64,000 bases of DNA, taken from positions 10,722 through 74,721 of the IMG/VR virus record IMGVR_UViG_3300044451_000174; one strand, given 5' to 3'. Of this stretch, positions 44,086-54,529 are shown in pieces. Position numbers and translations under genes: made by a program. Below the pieces are notes generated by a model. That model was not told the DNA's origin. It made no database searches and saw only the letters and a list, made by a program, of their open reading frames with translations. The number at the start of each line of letters is the position of its first letter. The stretch's first letter is position 1. The stretch is from a virus. Its lineage: Duplodnaviria; Heunggongvirae; Uroviricota; Caudoviricetes.

Positions 44086-45519
44086 ATGTCTTGTAACGCA
44101 ATTTGTTTGCCAGAATATCAATGTGGTGATCTACAAAAAATAAAGCCCAACACTGGCGCGGTTTACGCACCATTTGTGACAATGACATTGGGTGGAACTA
44201 TCACCGTTGGTAACAAATCATTCCCAGGAGAACCCAACACAGCCTGCATCAAATCTTTTGAATTTGGCGGCTCGACTGGTGCTGGCTGTACTGTAGAAAT
44301 AATTGATGAATCTGGTGGTAGTTTTGTGAGATATTTCAATGCAGTTAACAAAAATTTATGTCAAGCCGCCGATGATCACAATATGGAAATTAACTTTGGA
44401 TGGATCTCCAGATCGACAGATGGAAATTTAACCAAAATCGGAATTCCTGAAGGGCCGATATTTTTCATACCCGGAAAAATAGAAAGCGTGTACGAAGGAG
44501 GTGTTATAAAATACACGTTGAATGGAACCGATATGTTAACCCACATGGCAGAAAGTCGCGTGCAAGTACCTGTTGGAACAGAATCAAATAAAGTTAGATT
44601 GATGCCGGCGGTAAGAAAAATGGCGTCAAGAAATTGTCCACCACTCAATAACATCAGATATTTAAGACGAAATGGACCAAATCTAACTGAATGGAGATTC
44701 AAAAATAGTGATGGCGGGCCAGAGGGTCCAATGGGAGTTTGGCAGGGAGATCAACAAAATCCTATTTCGGCCATGAGAAAATTTTTCAATTCCTTGACGA
44801 CAGACCGTAATAAAGGATTTTATGCTATTTGGAACTCTGGGTCATCAGTTCCAGAACTTTGGTTCATGGAAGATTCGCGACCATATTGTGACGAAACGTC
44901 TAATGGATTTTTTTGTGCTGGAACTTACATTGTAAACGGAGGAGATTGCAGCCCTGTAATTAGCTTTAACCCAAAAGCAGAATGGCAATATACTGCTGAT
45001 CTTAATTCGGGTGGTAACTTGGGAGGTGCCACATCTGCTAAGAATATAGAACAACGACCGCCAATAGAACAAAGACGAAGCGGGAATTGTAAGGACATAA
45101 CCACTACTCAACGTGGTGCTGGTACTACAACACAATTCGCCGCACCACAAAACGACATCAATTGGCGGTCGCCAGATCAAATTACTCCAAAAATGCAAAA
45201 AGCTATGGCGGAACACGAAACGGCGGCACACTACAAAGAGCTGCAAGCGCCTATGGAAGCCGAGTTAAAAATACATGGCGACACAAGCTTTGTCCATCAA
45301 TCGCGATGGGCCGATGCTGTTGTTTCGATAATCGTAATAAATCCATTTCAAATTTTTTCAGGTGGTTCATACCACGAATGGCTCGCCGGGCCAATGTGTA
45401 ACCCAATTTTTTCAGACAAAGAATGGATGATAAAAGGTGTTAACCATCAAATTTCTGATGGAGCTTATACTACGACCTTAAAAGTACAATGTATGAATGT
45501 AAACAAGACTGAACAATAA
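44086..45519 (+). CDS. putative baseplate hub protein (gpD/gp27-like position), encoded in an AT-rich segment
   Basis: 477-aa ORF between the LysM protein and the gpV-like spike. GC content is visibly lower than in its neighbours. Confidence 0.4.
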   Translation: MSCNAICLPEYQCGDLQKIKPNTGAVYAPFVTMTLGGTITVGNKSFPGEPNTACIKSFEFGGSTGAGCTVEIIDESGGSFVRYFNAVNKNLCQAADDHNMEINFGWISRSTDGNLTKIGIPEGPIFFIPGKIESVYEGGVIKYTLNGTDMLTHMAESRVQVPVGTESNKVRLMPAVRKMASRNCPPLNNIRYLRRNGPNLTEWRFKNSDGGPEGPMGVWQGDQQNPISAMRKFFNSLTTDRNKGFYAIWNSGSSVPELWFMEDSRPYCDETSNGFFCAGTYIVNGGDCSPVISFNPKAEWQYTADLNSGGNLGGATSAKNIEQRPPIEQRRSGNCKDITTTQRGAGTTTQFAAPQNDINWRSPDQITPKMQKAMAEHETAAHYKELQAPMEAELKIHGDTSFVHQSRWADAVVSIIVINPFQIFSGGSYHEWLAGPMCNPIFSDKEWMIKGVNHQISDGAYTTTLKVQCMNVNKTEQ

Positions 45520-47633
45520 TGACAAATTTATCAGACCAAATACGACAACTAGAAACAGAACTAAAAAAAGTTAAAGCTGTTCTTTCTTCAAGTCAATACG
45601 AAATGGCTAAAGTCGCAACTACGACTTTGAACGACCGTACCCACATTGTTTCTCAATCAGAACAAATGTTTGGCATGTACACTGCCCTGTGTGTTGAAAC
45701 CAAAGATGTTTGGAAACAGAACCGCATCCGTTTTTATTGCCCCTTGTTCCAGTCTCCCGACAGCCCGATGAAAAGTCTGCCGTGGGCGTGGCCGATCTCG
45801 CCTATGGGCGGGTTTGATGATTCCGGCTGTTCGTGGGTGCCACCAGCCGGCTCGACCGTCTGTTTGATTTTCGAGGGCGGCGCGAGAAACGCACCTTTCT
45901 ACATTGGCACAACGTGGCATCGTAACCGAGGACCAGAAGGGGCCAATGTATGGACCATTGACATCGCGGAGTACCAGAAGGTGTGGTCGGGTCACCGCAA
46001 GGGCTACCTGTGTGGACCCAACGACGAGAGCCAGTGTTTGCCGCCGTGGAACACCGAATCTTCAAACGGGTTCGACCTTAATAGCATCGTTGACTTCGAT
46101 GCGAACCCGGAAGCCCAAAAGATGTTGACCTACCCGCACATTTACGGGTTCAAGACGCCAGAAAAACACATGCTCAAAATGGTTGACGGCGATGCGTCGT
46201 GTGACCGCCGGTGGAAAAGACTTGAGATACTCTCGTCTTGCGGCAACTGGCTGATCTTCAAAGACGATCACCTGCACTACGCCGGCCAATACGCACACCC
46301 GACCACGGGCGGCGTTGTCAAAACGGGTGACGTGACGTGCATCGAAGGTGCCGCACCCGGCATCGACATTACCAGGGCAATCGGCCTCGGCGATTTCTTG
46401 CCGGACTTAAACCCCGTTGACTCCGGGGCCGATTTCGGCAGTGCGGACGAAGGGTCAGTGGAAGACGACACGCCGAAAGAGGGAGCTAAAATTTCAAACC
46501 CCGCTTGCAGTGCAAAAATTGTTGGCGGTCATCCCGACACACCTTACTTCCCGTCGTGGAAACCGACCAAATATCAAAAACAACAGATAGGCGCGAACCC
46601 TTTTTTCAAACACGAAAACGAGTGCCGACCGTATCGCGGGCCGGGCAACAACCGTAACAACACCGCCATGTTGCCCCAGAGCGGCATCCAGATGATGTCT
46701 ATCAGCGGCCACACATGGGTCATGGACGACTCGGTCGAAGAACCGACTGGCGATTGCGTGTGGGAACGATCACTACGACCGTTCGACTATGGGTGCAACA
46801 ACATTTTCAACGGTTACATGGGACTGTTCAGCAGTTCGGGTCACAAATTCATCATGAGTGACATCGAGCAAGACGAGCCGAACAAAAGGGGCGAAGACAA
46901 TTACATCCGTCTAGAGTCGCAGGCAGGCAACATCATCGAACTCAACGATATGGAGAAGGAGATCGGGATCGCCGGTTTCCGTCGCGGCATCAGCATGCGT
47001 TCGACCAGCAAACACTTGTTCATGATGATCGATGAGGACAACGAGCAAGACTTGATCCCGCGAAGCGATGGTAACCAACCGGTCAACAAGGCGAAGAAAG
47101 CGTTCATCAAGATCCGGTCGGGTTACGGTATCGAGTTCAAGATCGAGGACACCAACTCGCAGGAGAATACGGTTGCCCAGTCCCTGCAAATGTTCTGTCC
47201 GCAGAAGGACAATACCGAGCGTGGCCCGCACATCATGAGGTTCCAAGAGGCTCCGAGTGGTCCGGGTCAAATCATGCTTCGTGCCGGCGGCGACTACATT
47301 ACAATAAGTTACGACGATCACGTCGAGATGGTGGGCGACAAGGAAAAGAATCCAAGTAACAAGATCGGCATCATTTCCAAGAACAAGGTCGTGTCAACGG
47401 AACAGGTTTACATCAACCTCGCCCGCATGCACGTCTTCTTGGCTAAGGAACAGATCCTGTTGTTGGCCGGTCAGGATTGTCCGTCCGAGAACGGCGAGAT
47501 GGCTCCGTGTCCGGCACAGATCCTCGTGTACCACGAGGGCAAGATCAAGATCAGTGACCGCGTCATCGGAAGCTGTTCCCCGAAGGCTCCGTGTGCGTCG
47601 ATCTTCATGATGTCGCCGTTCGTTTCGTGCTAA
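45519..47633 (+). CDS. baseplate central spike protein (P2 gpV / T4 gp5 / VgrG-like), 704 aa
   Basis: WAWPISPMGGFDDSGCSWVPPAGSTVCLIFEGGARNAPFYIGTTW matches the gpV OB-fold signature WA.v..p.aG...G....P..G..V.v.F..GD...P...G. Confidence 0.7.
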   Translation: MTNLSDQIRQLETELKKVKAVLSSSQYEMAKVATTTLNDRTHIVSQSEQMFGMYTALCVETKDVWKQNRIRFYCPLFQSPDSPMKSLPWAWPISPMGGFDDSGCSWVPPAGSTVCLIFEGGARNAPFYIGTTWHRNRGPEGANVWTIDIAEYQKVWSGHRKGYLCGPNDESQCLPPWNTESSNGFDLNSIVDFDANPEAQKMLTYPHIYGFKTPEKHMLKMVDGDASCDRRWKRLEILSSCGNWLIFKDDHLHYAGQYAHPTTGGVVKTGDVTCIEGAAPGIDITRAIGLGDFLPDLNPVDSGADFGSADEGSVEDDTPKEGAKISNPACSAKIVGGHPDTPYFPSWKPTKYQKQQIGANPFFKHENECRPYRGPGNNRNNTAMLPQSGIQMMSISGHTWVMDDSVEEPTGDCVWERSLRPFDYGCNNIFNGYMGLFSSSGHKFIMSDIEQDEPNKRGEDNYIRLESQAGNIIELNDMEKEIGIAGFRRGISMRSTSKHLFMMIDEDNEQDLIPRSDGNQPVNKAKKAFIKIRSGYGIEFKIEDTNSQENTVAQSLQMFCPQKDNTERGPHIMRFQEAPSGPGQIMLRAGGDYITISYDDHVEMVGDKEKNPSNKIGIISKNKVVSTEQVYINLARMHVFLAKEQILLLAGQDCPSENGEMAPCPAQILVYHEGKIKISDRVIGSCSPKAPCASIFMMSPFVSC

Positions 47634-47647
47634 TTCAAAGAGGATAA

Positions 47648-48079
47648 ATGCCGGCAATGAAGTTTTTGGGTGTTCCTTATCCCATTACACCGCACCCGCG
47701 AGGATACTTGAGATCGAGCGGGGGCATCAGTCAGATCAAGTCCGATCTTTTGCAGTTGCTGCTCACCAACCCCGGCGAGAGGGTGATGCTGCCGACTTAC
47801 GGCACGCCCCTCAAGAAGTTCATCTTCGAGCAGAACGACGCGATCTCGGCCGAGAGCGTGCGACAGGCGATCATCAATTCGATCAACCTGTGGGAGCCGA
47901 GAATAACGGTTCAAGAAATCACCGTTAAAAACAGTGCGGACGAAAGTCAATTAAACCCTCAAGATCCCAAAGAAGACTTGGAGAACGTGATGTCTATTAC
48001 GATCAGGTTCTTCGATCCTGAGAACATTCAAGAGGTCGATGCCGTGGTAATCGAACTACCAGTAGGTGGAGTACAATGA
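47648..48079 (+). CDS. baseplate wedge protein gpW / gp25-like
   Basis: LLLTNPGERVMLPTYGTPLKKFIFEQNDAISAESVRQAIINSINLWEPRI aligns with P2 gpW TAPGERVMRPDFGCGL...FEPND.......V..AL..WEPRI. Confidence 0.8.
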   Translation: MPAMKFLGVPYPITPHPRGYLRSSGGISQIKSDLLQLLLTNPGERVMLPTYGTPLKKFIFEQNDAISAESVRQAIINSINLWEPRITVQEITVKNSADESQLNPQDPKEDLENVMSITIRFFDPENIQEVDAVVIELPVGGVQ

Positions 48080-49638
48080 GTGAATGCCCTTTCAACGTAG
48101 AACCGTTCTCACAGTCCGGCCCGCTGGCGGCTCCGAACGTCGTCAACCTGAACTACACGAACCAAGACTTTTGGTCGATGAAGTCGCGGCTGATCGACTT
48201 CATCAAATCGAATTTCCCCAACGACTTCAACGACTTTGTCGAGTCGTCGCTGGCGATCATGTTGATCGAGAACTGGGCGTTCATTGCCGACACCTTGTCC
48301 TTCAAGATCGACCAAATCGCCAACGAAGTTTTCATCGACACCGTCACCGAGGTCGAAAACGCATTCAGACTTGCCAAATTGGTCGGCTTCAATCCGCAAC
48401 CGCCGATTGCGGCGCGGTCGATGTGGTCGGCAACACTGAACAACCCGGTGCTGGCAGACGTTACCATCCCGGCCCCGTTCGACGTGACGGTGACGGCCGG
48501 AAACGAGTCCATCAGCATCGAGCTTTTCCCCGCCGACGCTGACGGGAACCCGATCTACGACCAAGACATTCTGATCCCCGCCGGTACGGTCGTGAACAAC
48601 AGCGTGGTGGGTCTTGAGGGGTTCACTTACACCGACACGTTCCCCGGAACCGGCTTGGTCGGGCAGACCTATACCCTCAGCTACTTCCCGGTGATTTTCG
48701 ACAGCATTCGCGTGGACGTGGACGGCGTCAGGTGGACCCAGGTGGAACAGTTCACCGACTCTCAACCCCGGCGCGAGTACAGGGTCGAGTTCAACAGCCT
48801 CTGGCACGCTTTCATCATCTTCGGCAACAACCGGGCGGGCCTGATTCCGTCGCAGGGATCACAGATTGTTGTCACATACCGGAAGGGCGGCGGGACGGTA
48901 GGTAACATCGTCACACAGTCGATCACGTCGGAAACCGTCGTGCCGCTACCCGGTTTTGAATACTCCGTCCCGGTCGGCCTCAGCAACTACACGCAGGGCC
49001 AGTTCGGGTACGACGGCGACACGGTTGATGACGTTCGCAGCAAGCTGCCGGCTTGGTTGGCGCTTCAGAACAGGTGCGTGACGGGTTCGGACTACAAGAC
49101 GTTCGCGGACCAATTCGCCTCCCCGTACCAGGGGCAGACGGGCAAATCGACGGCGGTTCTGAGGAACCAGGGGTGCGCGGCCAACGTCATCGACCTTTAT
49201 GTTCTGGTTCGGGGGACCACGCCGTCGTCCGCGAACGATCTGCAACTCGCTTCGAGTCAGTTCAAAGCCGAACTCGGTGACGCGATCTCACAGGTCCAGA
49301 TGTTCACGGACTTCGTCTGCATCAAAGACGGGTCGATATTGCTGGTCGATGTGTCAATCGACGTGGTCATGAACAAGTTCTACAAGAAGTTCGAGGACCA
49401 GTACCGGACGATGGTGACGCAGAAAGTCGCGTCCTTCTTCTCGCTGCCGAACTGGGAATACGGCAAGTCGCTCAGGCAAGAAGACCTCGGCAAACAGTTG
49501 TCAACGATCCGCGAGGTCAACAGGTTTGAAATGAACTTCATGACCAACGACCCCGAAAACAGCGGCGTTCTGGTGACCGCCAACTACAAGCAGATCATCC
49601 GCCCGGACACGATCACAGTAACATTTGTATACGAGTGA
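48076..49638 (+). CDS. baseplate J-like protein (gpJ/gp6 family)
   Basis: About 520 aa, immediately after the gpW-like gene as in P2 and Mu. Overlapping start. Confidence 0.55.
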   Translation: MSECPFNVEPFSQSGPLAAPNVVNLNYTNQDFWSMKSRLIDFIKSNFPNDFNDFVESSLAIMLIENWAFIADTLSFKIDQIANEVFIDTVTEVENAFRLAKLVGFNPQPPIAARSMWSATLNNPVLADVTIPAPFDVTVTAGNESISIELFPADADGNPIYDQDILIPAGTVVNNSVVGLEGFTYTDTFPGTGLVGQTYTLSYFPVIFDSIRVDVDGVRWTQVEQFTDSQPRREYRVEFNSLWHAFIIFGNNRAGLIPSQGSQIVVTYRKGGGTVGNIVTQSITSETVVPLPGFEYSVPVGLSNYTQGQFGYDGDTVDDVRSKLPAWLALQNRCVTGSDYKTFADQFASPYQGQTGKSTAVLRNQGCAANVIDLYVLVRGTTPSSANDLQLASSQFKAELGDAISQVQMFTDFVCIKDGSILLVDVSIDVVMNKFYKKFEDQYRTMVTQKVASFFSLPNWEYGKSLRQEDLGKQLSTIREVNRFEMNFMTNDPENSGVLVTANYKQIIRPDTITVTFVYE

Positions 49639-49641
49639 GGC

Positions 49642-52600
49642 ATGGCAGAGAAAACAATCTATGAGGTGCCGAGTGTTACGGATACGGTGGTCATTCCTTT
49701 CTTGACCCCCGACGCCGACCAATGCTTGCTCCAGAACCCCTACATGGTCAACAACCTGACCATTTACTACATCGAACGCGACTTCTCAGGCGGCAACGTC
49801 ACGCAATTTGACGTTGAAACCCGGAACCAAGACGCGGAGCGGGCGGCGACCGAAGCACAGAACGCGGCGTGCCTTGACCCGACTCAGGAGAACATTCTTG
49901 AGGCGCGAAAACTACGCGCCCAGGCCGACTCCATGAGGGTTTCGCGACCCGTGTATTACAACGACGCCGTCCCCGTTGCGGTGATCGGCAACTCGTCTTA
50001 TCCCGCTTGGCTCTCGACCGACACACCCAACGCTCTCATCGAAAACGTACCGCTTGACGAGGAAGGTAACACCGTATACGGCCACTTCCAATACGTTTGG
50101 AACCCGGTGGGTATGCGAGAGGGCAACTACATCGCGTGCTGGACGTGGACGCCCCTCGCGGCCGGGGAAACGCTTTCGCAAAACCTTTCCTTCTCGTTGA
50201 TGGGCAACAACGCCATCACCACGAGCATCCCGACCCACGCCACGCCGCCGGAAAAGTACCAAACTCTGCTGGACACATACCTCCCAGAGATGTACAAATC
50301 CACGCTCTCCGAAGACGACGTGACCCCGTCCGTTCTGACCAGATTCAACAAATCGGTCGGCCAGGGGTTCACGGTGTTGGAGAATCTCGCCAACCAGATC
50401 TTGGACATCATGGACGCCAACTCGACTGACGAGGCGTTCTTGGGCCTTCTGGGGCGGATGTTCGGGCTGAAGCTGAGGAGCGAAGACCCGACCCGTTGGC
50501 GGAAGCAGATCAAGTTGGCGGTGCCGCTTTACAAGATGAAGGGAACTCGCGCCGGGCTGGAGATGGCGTTCGATTTGGCCGGCATGAGGATGACGAGCTT
50601 GGTTCGCGGCTGGCAGATCATTTCGCCGTACACATGGGTGGAAACCTTCAAAGCGGCCGGCGGCGAAATGGAGTTCGTGCTGTCCCGTGTCGCACAACCA
50701 ATTGATTCAGACAACTTTGAAGTGTCCGTCAGAAAGGCGGGCAACTCGTACTACACGGACTACCTGCCATCAGACGTGTCGATCAACACATCGGACGGCG
50801 TCAGCACACTAACGATTGAGAACAACATCTCGCTCGAAAACGGCGACATCCTTCGAGTGCTGTACCAGTACGCGGCGATCCCGAACCCGACGCAACAGGA
50901 CATCGAGGACTACATTCGTTTGTTGCCGTTGACCGATCAGCGGGACGAAACGGTTCAGGACTACCCGCCGAAAAACTGGAACGTTCGACTGCTCGAAGAG
51001 AACGACCCGTTGTTTTCGATCTTGATTCCCAACAAGCACCCGTACCACGACTTCTTGGTGTTCGGTAAGATCAGGACCGAGTTCCCGTACAGCGAAAACG
51101 TCTATAACATGGACGAATACAACGGCTCGATTAGGGACAGTCTCGAACCGTGCGACATGGACAAGGACTTCGTTGACCCGTGCAGCCAGTGCTTGGGCAG
51201 CAAGTACATCATCGACATTGAAGTTGACCGCCTTTGCGACGACCGGGTGAACGAGGCCAAAGACATCCTGAAGGAGTTCGTCCCGTTTCACGCCCTGCCC
51301 CAGACCATCAACTTCAGCGGCTCGATGGAGGACTTCGTTCAGCCGCCCGTCGAGACGATTGAGTGCCTGATTTACTATCGCGGGAGCGAGACAGTAATCG
51401 CCGGCAGCGATCAAATGGTCTTCAACCGCGCGATGATTCCGAGCGGCATGCCGCTCGACCAAATTCTGAGAAACACCCTCGCTACGAGTACGCTCGTAGC
51501 GAGCGGAACCGCCACAGCCTACAACAGACAGATCATGTTGTTCTCGCCGGACGTTCCGATCAGCAACACCGGCCTGAGTACCGACCCGACCGAAACGGTG
51601 CTAGAAATCTACGGCCCGCACCCGCACGCCGGTAACTACCAAGTCACCAACGCGGTCGGACACGCGGTCGAAGTTTACGGCCCAATCTCGCCGACATCGC
51701 CATTGACGGAGCCGATCAATCAGTCGGCCTTCTCGTTCAGCCTGTCGAACATCATTTACGAAAACTCCGACACCTCCATTGTGACCGACAATTTCTACAA
51801 GTTGAAGGACGCGACTTGGGACTTGGCAGAACTGGGCGTCAAGAGCCAGTGGGACGTTGACAACGGGTACGCTACGACGGCCTGGACGATCAAGATGACG
51901 GCGTACAGTGCCACGCCGTACACGATCCAAGACATAAAGCCCGAAGGCGAGATCGTGATCGCTCAAGACCCTTCCCTGCCAAACGTGAACGCGACGGGTG
52001 TGGCCTATTCGATCATCCGCCCGGACGCGAGCGTGGCACACACAGGCACCTTGAATTTGTCGGTTGAGCTTCGCGGACTGGTAACTGTCACGGACGGGGT
52101 GCTGACCGACGTTCGCGGGGTAATGATCCAGCCGCTCGCGGGGCAATACTTTTTGTACTACAACGATACCGGCGACCAGTACGTCGTCAGTGAATTGGTG
52201 GACGGCGAGACACACCAGTTTTACATCAACGGCTGGTCGGGCGGTTCGGTGGGCGGAAAGAGTATCGCTTTGTATGATCGGCTGATCGATACGCGGTACG
52301 GCTTACTTACTTATCAGGGTATCGGCCTGAACACGGTGATCAACTACGAATCGTCGTTGGGCATCTCGAACGGCCAAAACCCGGTACTGGTTCCGCTGGA
52401 AGACAGCAAGTTCAAAGAGAACTTCATCGTCGTGATCAATGACCCAGTCAACGGGGCGGATGAAGAGACTTTTGCGATTGCCGACATCGACGGGACTACG
52501 ATCACCCTGGACGGTGACATTCACTACTGGACGACTTTGGGTAACGGGGGGACGAGCGTGCCGTTCGAGATTTACAACTACGAAACTCTTCCGGTGACTG

Positions 52601-52797
52601 TGGCGGGCGTGCCGTTCCAGCGGCTCGACCGGCGGAACTCGGAAGTGATCACCTCCGTCACGGAGACGATGTCGCCGATGGCGATGAGCATGGCAGCCGC
52701 CCCAGAGCCGGGGTTCTCTGACTTTGTGAAACAAGAAGAGAAAATCAACTTCCGCATTGATTACGCGGACGGAACAGTCGAAGAGGGGAGCCTATGA
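49642..52797 (+). CDS. tail protein I-like baseplate protein with long C-terminal extension (1051 aa)
   Basis: LGLLGRMFGLKLRSEDPTRWRKQIKLAVPLYKMKGTRAGLEMAFDLAG matches the gpI family motif around RRGTraGLe. Follows the J gene. Confidence 0.55.
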   Translation: MAEKTIYEVPSVTDTVVIPFLTPDADQCLLQNPYMVNNLTIYYIERDFSGGNVTQFDVETRNQDAERAATEAQNAACLDPTQENILEARKLRAQADSMRVSRPVYYNDAVPVAVIGNSSYPAWLSTDTPNALIENVPLDEEGNTVYGHFQYVWNPVGMREGNYIACWTWTPLAAGETLSQNLSFSLMGNNAITTSIPTHATPPEKYQTLLDTYLPEMYKSTLSEDDVTPSVLTRFNKSVGQGFTVLENLANQILDIMDANSTDEAFLGLLGRMFGLKLRSEDPTRWRKQIKLAVPLYKMKGTRAGLEMAFDLAGMRMTSLVRGWQIISPYTWVETFKAAGGEMEFVLSRVAQPIDSDNFEVSVRKAGNSYYTDYLPSDVSINTSDGVSTLTIENNISLENGDILRVLYQYAAIPNPTQQDIEDYIRLLPLTDQRDETVQDYPPKNWNVRLLEENDPLFSILIPNKHPYHDFLVFGKIRTEFPYSENVYNMDEYNGSIRDSLEPCDMDKDFVDPCSQCLGSKYIIDIEVDRLCDDRVNEAKDILKEFVPFHALPQTINFSGSMEDFVQPPVETIECLIYYRGSETVIAGSDQMVFNRAMIPSGMPLDQILRNTLATSTLVASGTATAYNRQIMLFSPDVPISNTGLSTDPTETVLEIYGPHPHAGNYQVTNAVGHAVEVYGPISPTSPLTEPINQSAFSFSLSNIIYENSDTSIVTDNFYKLKDATWDLAELGVKSQWDVDNGYATTAWTIKMTAYSATPYTIQDIKPEGEIVIAQDPSLPNVNATGVAYSIIRPDASVAHTGTLNLSVELRGLVTVTDGVLTDVRGVMIQPLAGQYFLYYNDTGDQYVVSELVDGETHQFYINGWSGGSVGGKSIALYDRLIDTRYGLLTYQGIGLNTVINYESSLGISNGQNPVLVPLEDSKFKENFIVVINDPVNGADEETFAIADIDGTTITLDGDIHYWTTLGNGGTSVPFEIYNYETLPVTVAGVPFQRLDRRNSEVITSVTETMSPMAMSMAAAPEPGFSDFVKQEEKINFRIDYADGTVEEGSL

Positions 52798-53270
52798 AAA
52801 CCGAAGACCAAGTGCAATGTATCGGTTGGGTCGAAGCCGTCATCGAATACAAAGACGGCCGCAAAGACACTTTGCGGTTCAACAACAGCGTCATGAGGCG
52901 GGGACGGGCGGCTCTGGCCGCAGCCCTGAGCAACTCCCTTAGTGACGGGTTCAATTTCTACGTCAGCCGAATGATTTTCGGCGACGGCGGCACGTCCGGG
53001 GGCGTTCCGAAGTTCGTTGACACGAACAGGAACGGCCTTTACGGTTTGACGCGGGCGAGTAAGCCCGTCGTGGCGAGCGTGGACCCGACGACCCCTAGCA
53101 AAGCCGTGTTTACCAGCGTGTTGACGTTTAACGACGCCAACGGGTACGCCCTGAACGAAATGGCGTTGGTAATGAACAGCGGCGACTTGTACAGTCTGGC
53201 GACGTTCCCAGACCTCAACAAGACTGACGCCATGCAGATCACATGGTCTTGGTCGGTTAATTTTGTCTAA
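52794..53270 (+). CDS. hypothetical tail-associated protein (158 aa)
   Basis: ORF that overlaps the upstream stop. Confidence 0.45.
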   Translation: MKTEDQVQCIGWVEAVIEYKDGRKDTLRFNNSVMRRGRAALAAALSNSLSDGFNFYVSRMIFGDGGTSGGVPKFVDTNRNGLYGLTRASKPVVASVDPTTPSKAVFTSVLTFNDANGYALNEMALVMNSGDLYSLATFPDLNKTDAMQITWSWSVNFV

Positions 53271-53300
53271 AATAGCTTTTGAAAATACTATAATACCTGC

Positions 53301-54320
53301 ATGAAGAATTTATACCCGCAATTGACTACCCGTCAGCATGAGATATTCATAGGAAGTATGCTTGGCGATGGCTGTCTTAGCCGTCAACCTGTTAACTGGA
53401 ATTGGCTGATTCAGCAGAGCTTTGCCGATCATAAAAACTTTCCAAAAGAAAGCTACATGCAGTTTTTTTTAGATGAGCTAGGAGGCTGGTCCAGATGTGC
53501 AAAAATTGTTATGAAGTCTCATCGAGCCAAAATTATCGACGGCAAGATCGGTCGAGTGCAGTGTGAACCATATCCGACTTGGAGATATGAGTCTTGCAAT
53601 CATCTGATTTGGACGGAAATGGGCAAGAAGTGGTATGCCCCTCAGTTGGTGAACGGCAGAATCAGGAAGGTCATTCCTAACGATCTCAAACTGACTCCGC
53701 TATCGATGGCGATATGGTACATGGATGACGGGGTCAATCAAGCTAGAGACGCCCAAGCCAAACTATGCACCAATGGTTTTACCGAAGAAGAGGTTGTTTT
53801 CCTGGCGGAAGTAATGAAACGTGACTTGTCGATCAAGGCTGTCAAGTCGAGAGTCAAAAAAGACCGCAGTCAGTTTTTACTTCGTGTCAACCGTGAAGCG
53901 TATTTTGAATTCATTGACATTATAAGGCCAGAGATCAAGTGGGACTGCTTCGGTTACAAAACGGACACCTCCGGGTACGTCAAGAAAGACAACAAGGGAG
54001 CCAACCACGGAAAGTCTAAATTAAACGACGAGAAATCGCAGGAGATTTTTCGGTTGAGGCAGATAGGTCGTTCTCGTAAAGAAGTCGCGGCCATATTTGG
54101 TGTGACCGAAGCGTGTGTGACACGCATCGCTTCTGGGCAAGGATGGAAACATCTGGGAAACCCGATGGTGCGACAACACAAAAAAATGACCGCAGAAGAC
54201 AGAACGCAAGCATTAAGGCTTCTGGCAGAAGGTAAGGATCAAGAAGAGGTCGCAAGCATTATCGGCACATCACAGTCGAGCATCAGTAGATTGTTAAACA
54301 AAAAAACGTTCGCAAAATAG
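53301..54320 (+). CDS. LAGLIDADG homing endonuclease with C-terminal helix-turn-helix DNA-binding domain
   Basis: Two LAGLIDADG motifs, IFIGSMLGDGCLS and LSMAIWYMDDGVN. The C-terminal EIFRLRQIGRSRKEVAAIFGVTEACVTRIASG is helix-turn-helix-like. A TATAAT lies at 53289-53294. The region is low in GC. Confidence 0.75.
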   Translation: MKNLYPQLTTRQHEIFIGSMLGDGCLSRQPVNWNWLIQQSFADHKNFPKESYMQFFLDELGGWSRCAKIVMKSHRAKIIDGKIGRVQCEPYPTWRYESCNHLIWTEMGKKWYAPQLVNGRIRKVIPNDLKLTPLSMAIWYMDDGVNQARDAQAKLCTNGFTEEEVVFLAEVMKRDLSIKAVKSRVKKDRSQFLLRVNREAYFEFIDIIRPEIKWDCFGYKTDTSGYVKKDNKGANHGKSKLNDEKSQEIFRLRQIGRSRKEVAAIFGVTEACVTRIASGQGWKHLGNPMVRQHKKMTAEDRTQALRLLAEGKDQEEVASIIGTSQSSISRLLNKKTFAK

Positions 54321-54331
54321 GTGAACTTCGT

Positions 54332-54529
54332 ATGACATGCAAGAAAGAGAATGAAAATAATTTGCCGGTCAACGCGGATGTCATATACATCCCCAGTGTG
54401 ATCGGGCAAATAAACAAAATTACATTCCCCAGTATCATTGTCTGTGAAGTAAACGTGCCTAGTGTGATCGTAATGGACGAGCTTGACATCCCAAGTATCA
54501 TTACGGTCGATTGGGCTACAGGAGCATAA
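54332..54529 (+). CDS. small protein made of about 11-residue IPSxI repeats (65 aa)
   Basis: YIPSVIGQINKIT, FPSIIVCEVNV, PSVIVMDELDI, PSIITVDW. The same repeat type occurs at the C-terminus of the gene beginning at 63011. Confidence 0.4.
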   Translation: MTCKKENENNLPVNADVIYIPSVIGQINKITFPSIIVCEVNVPSVIVMDELDIPSIITVDWATGA

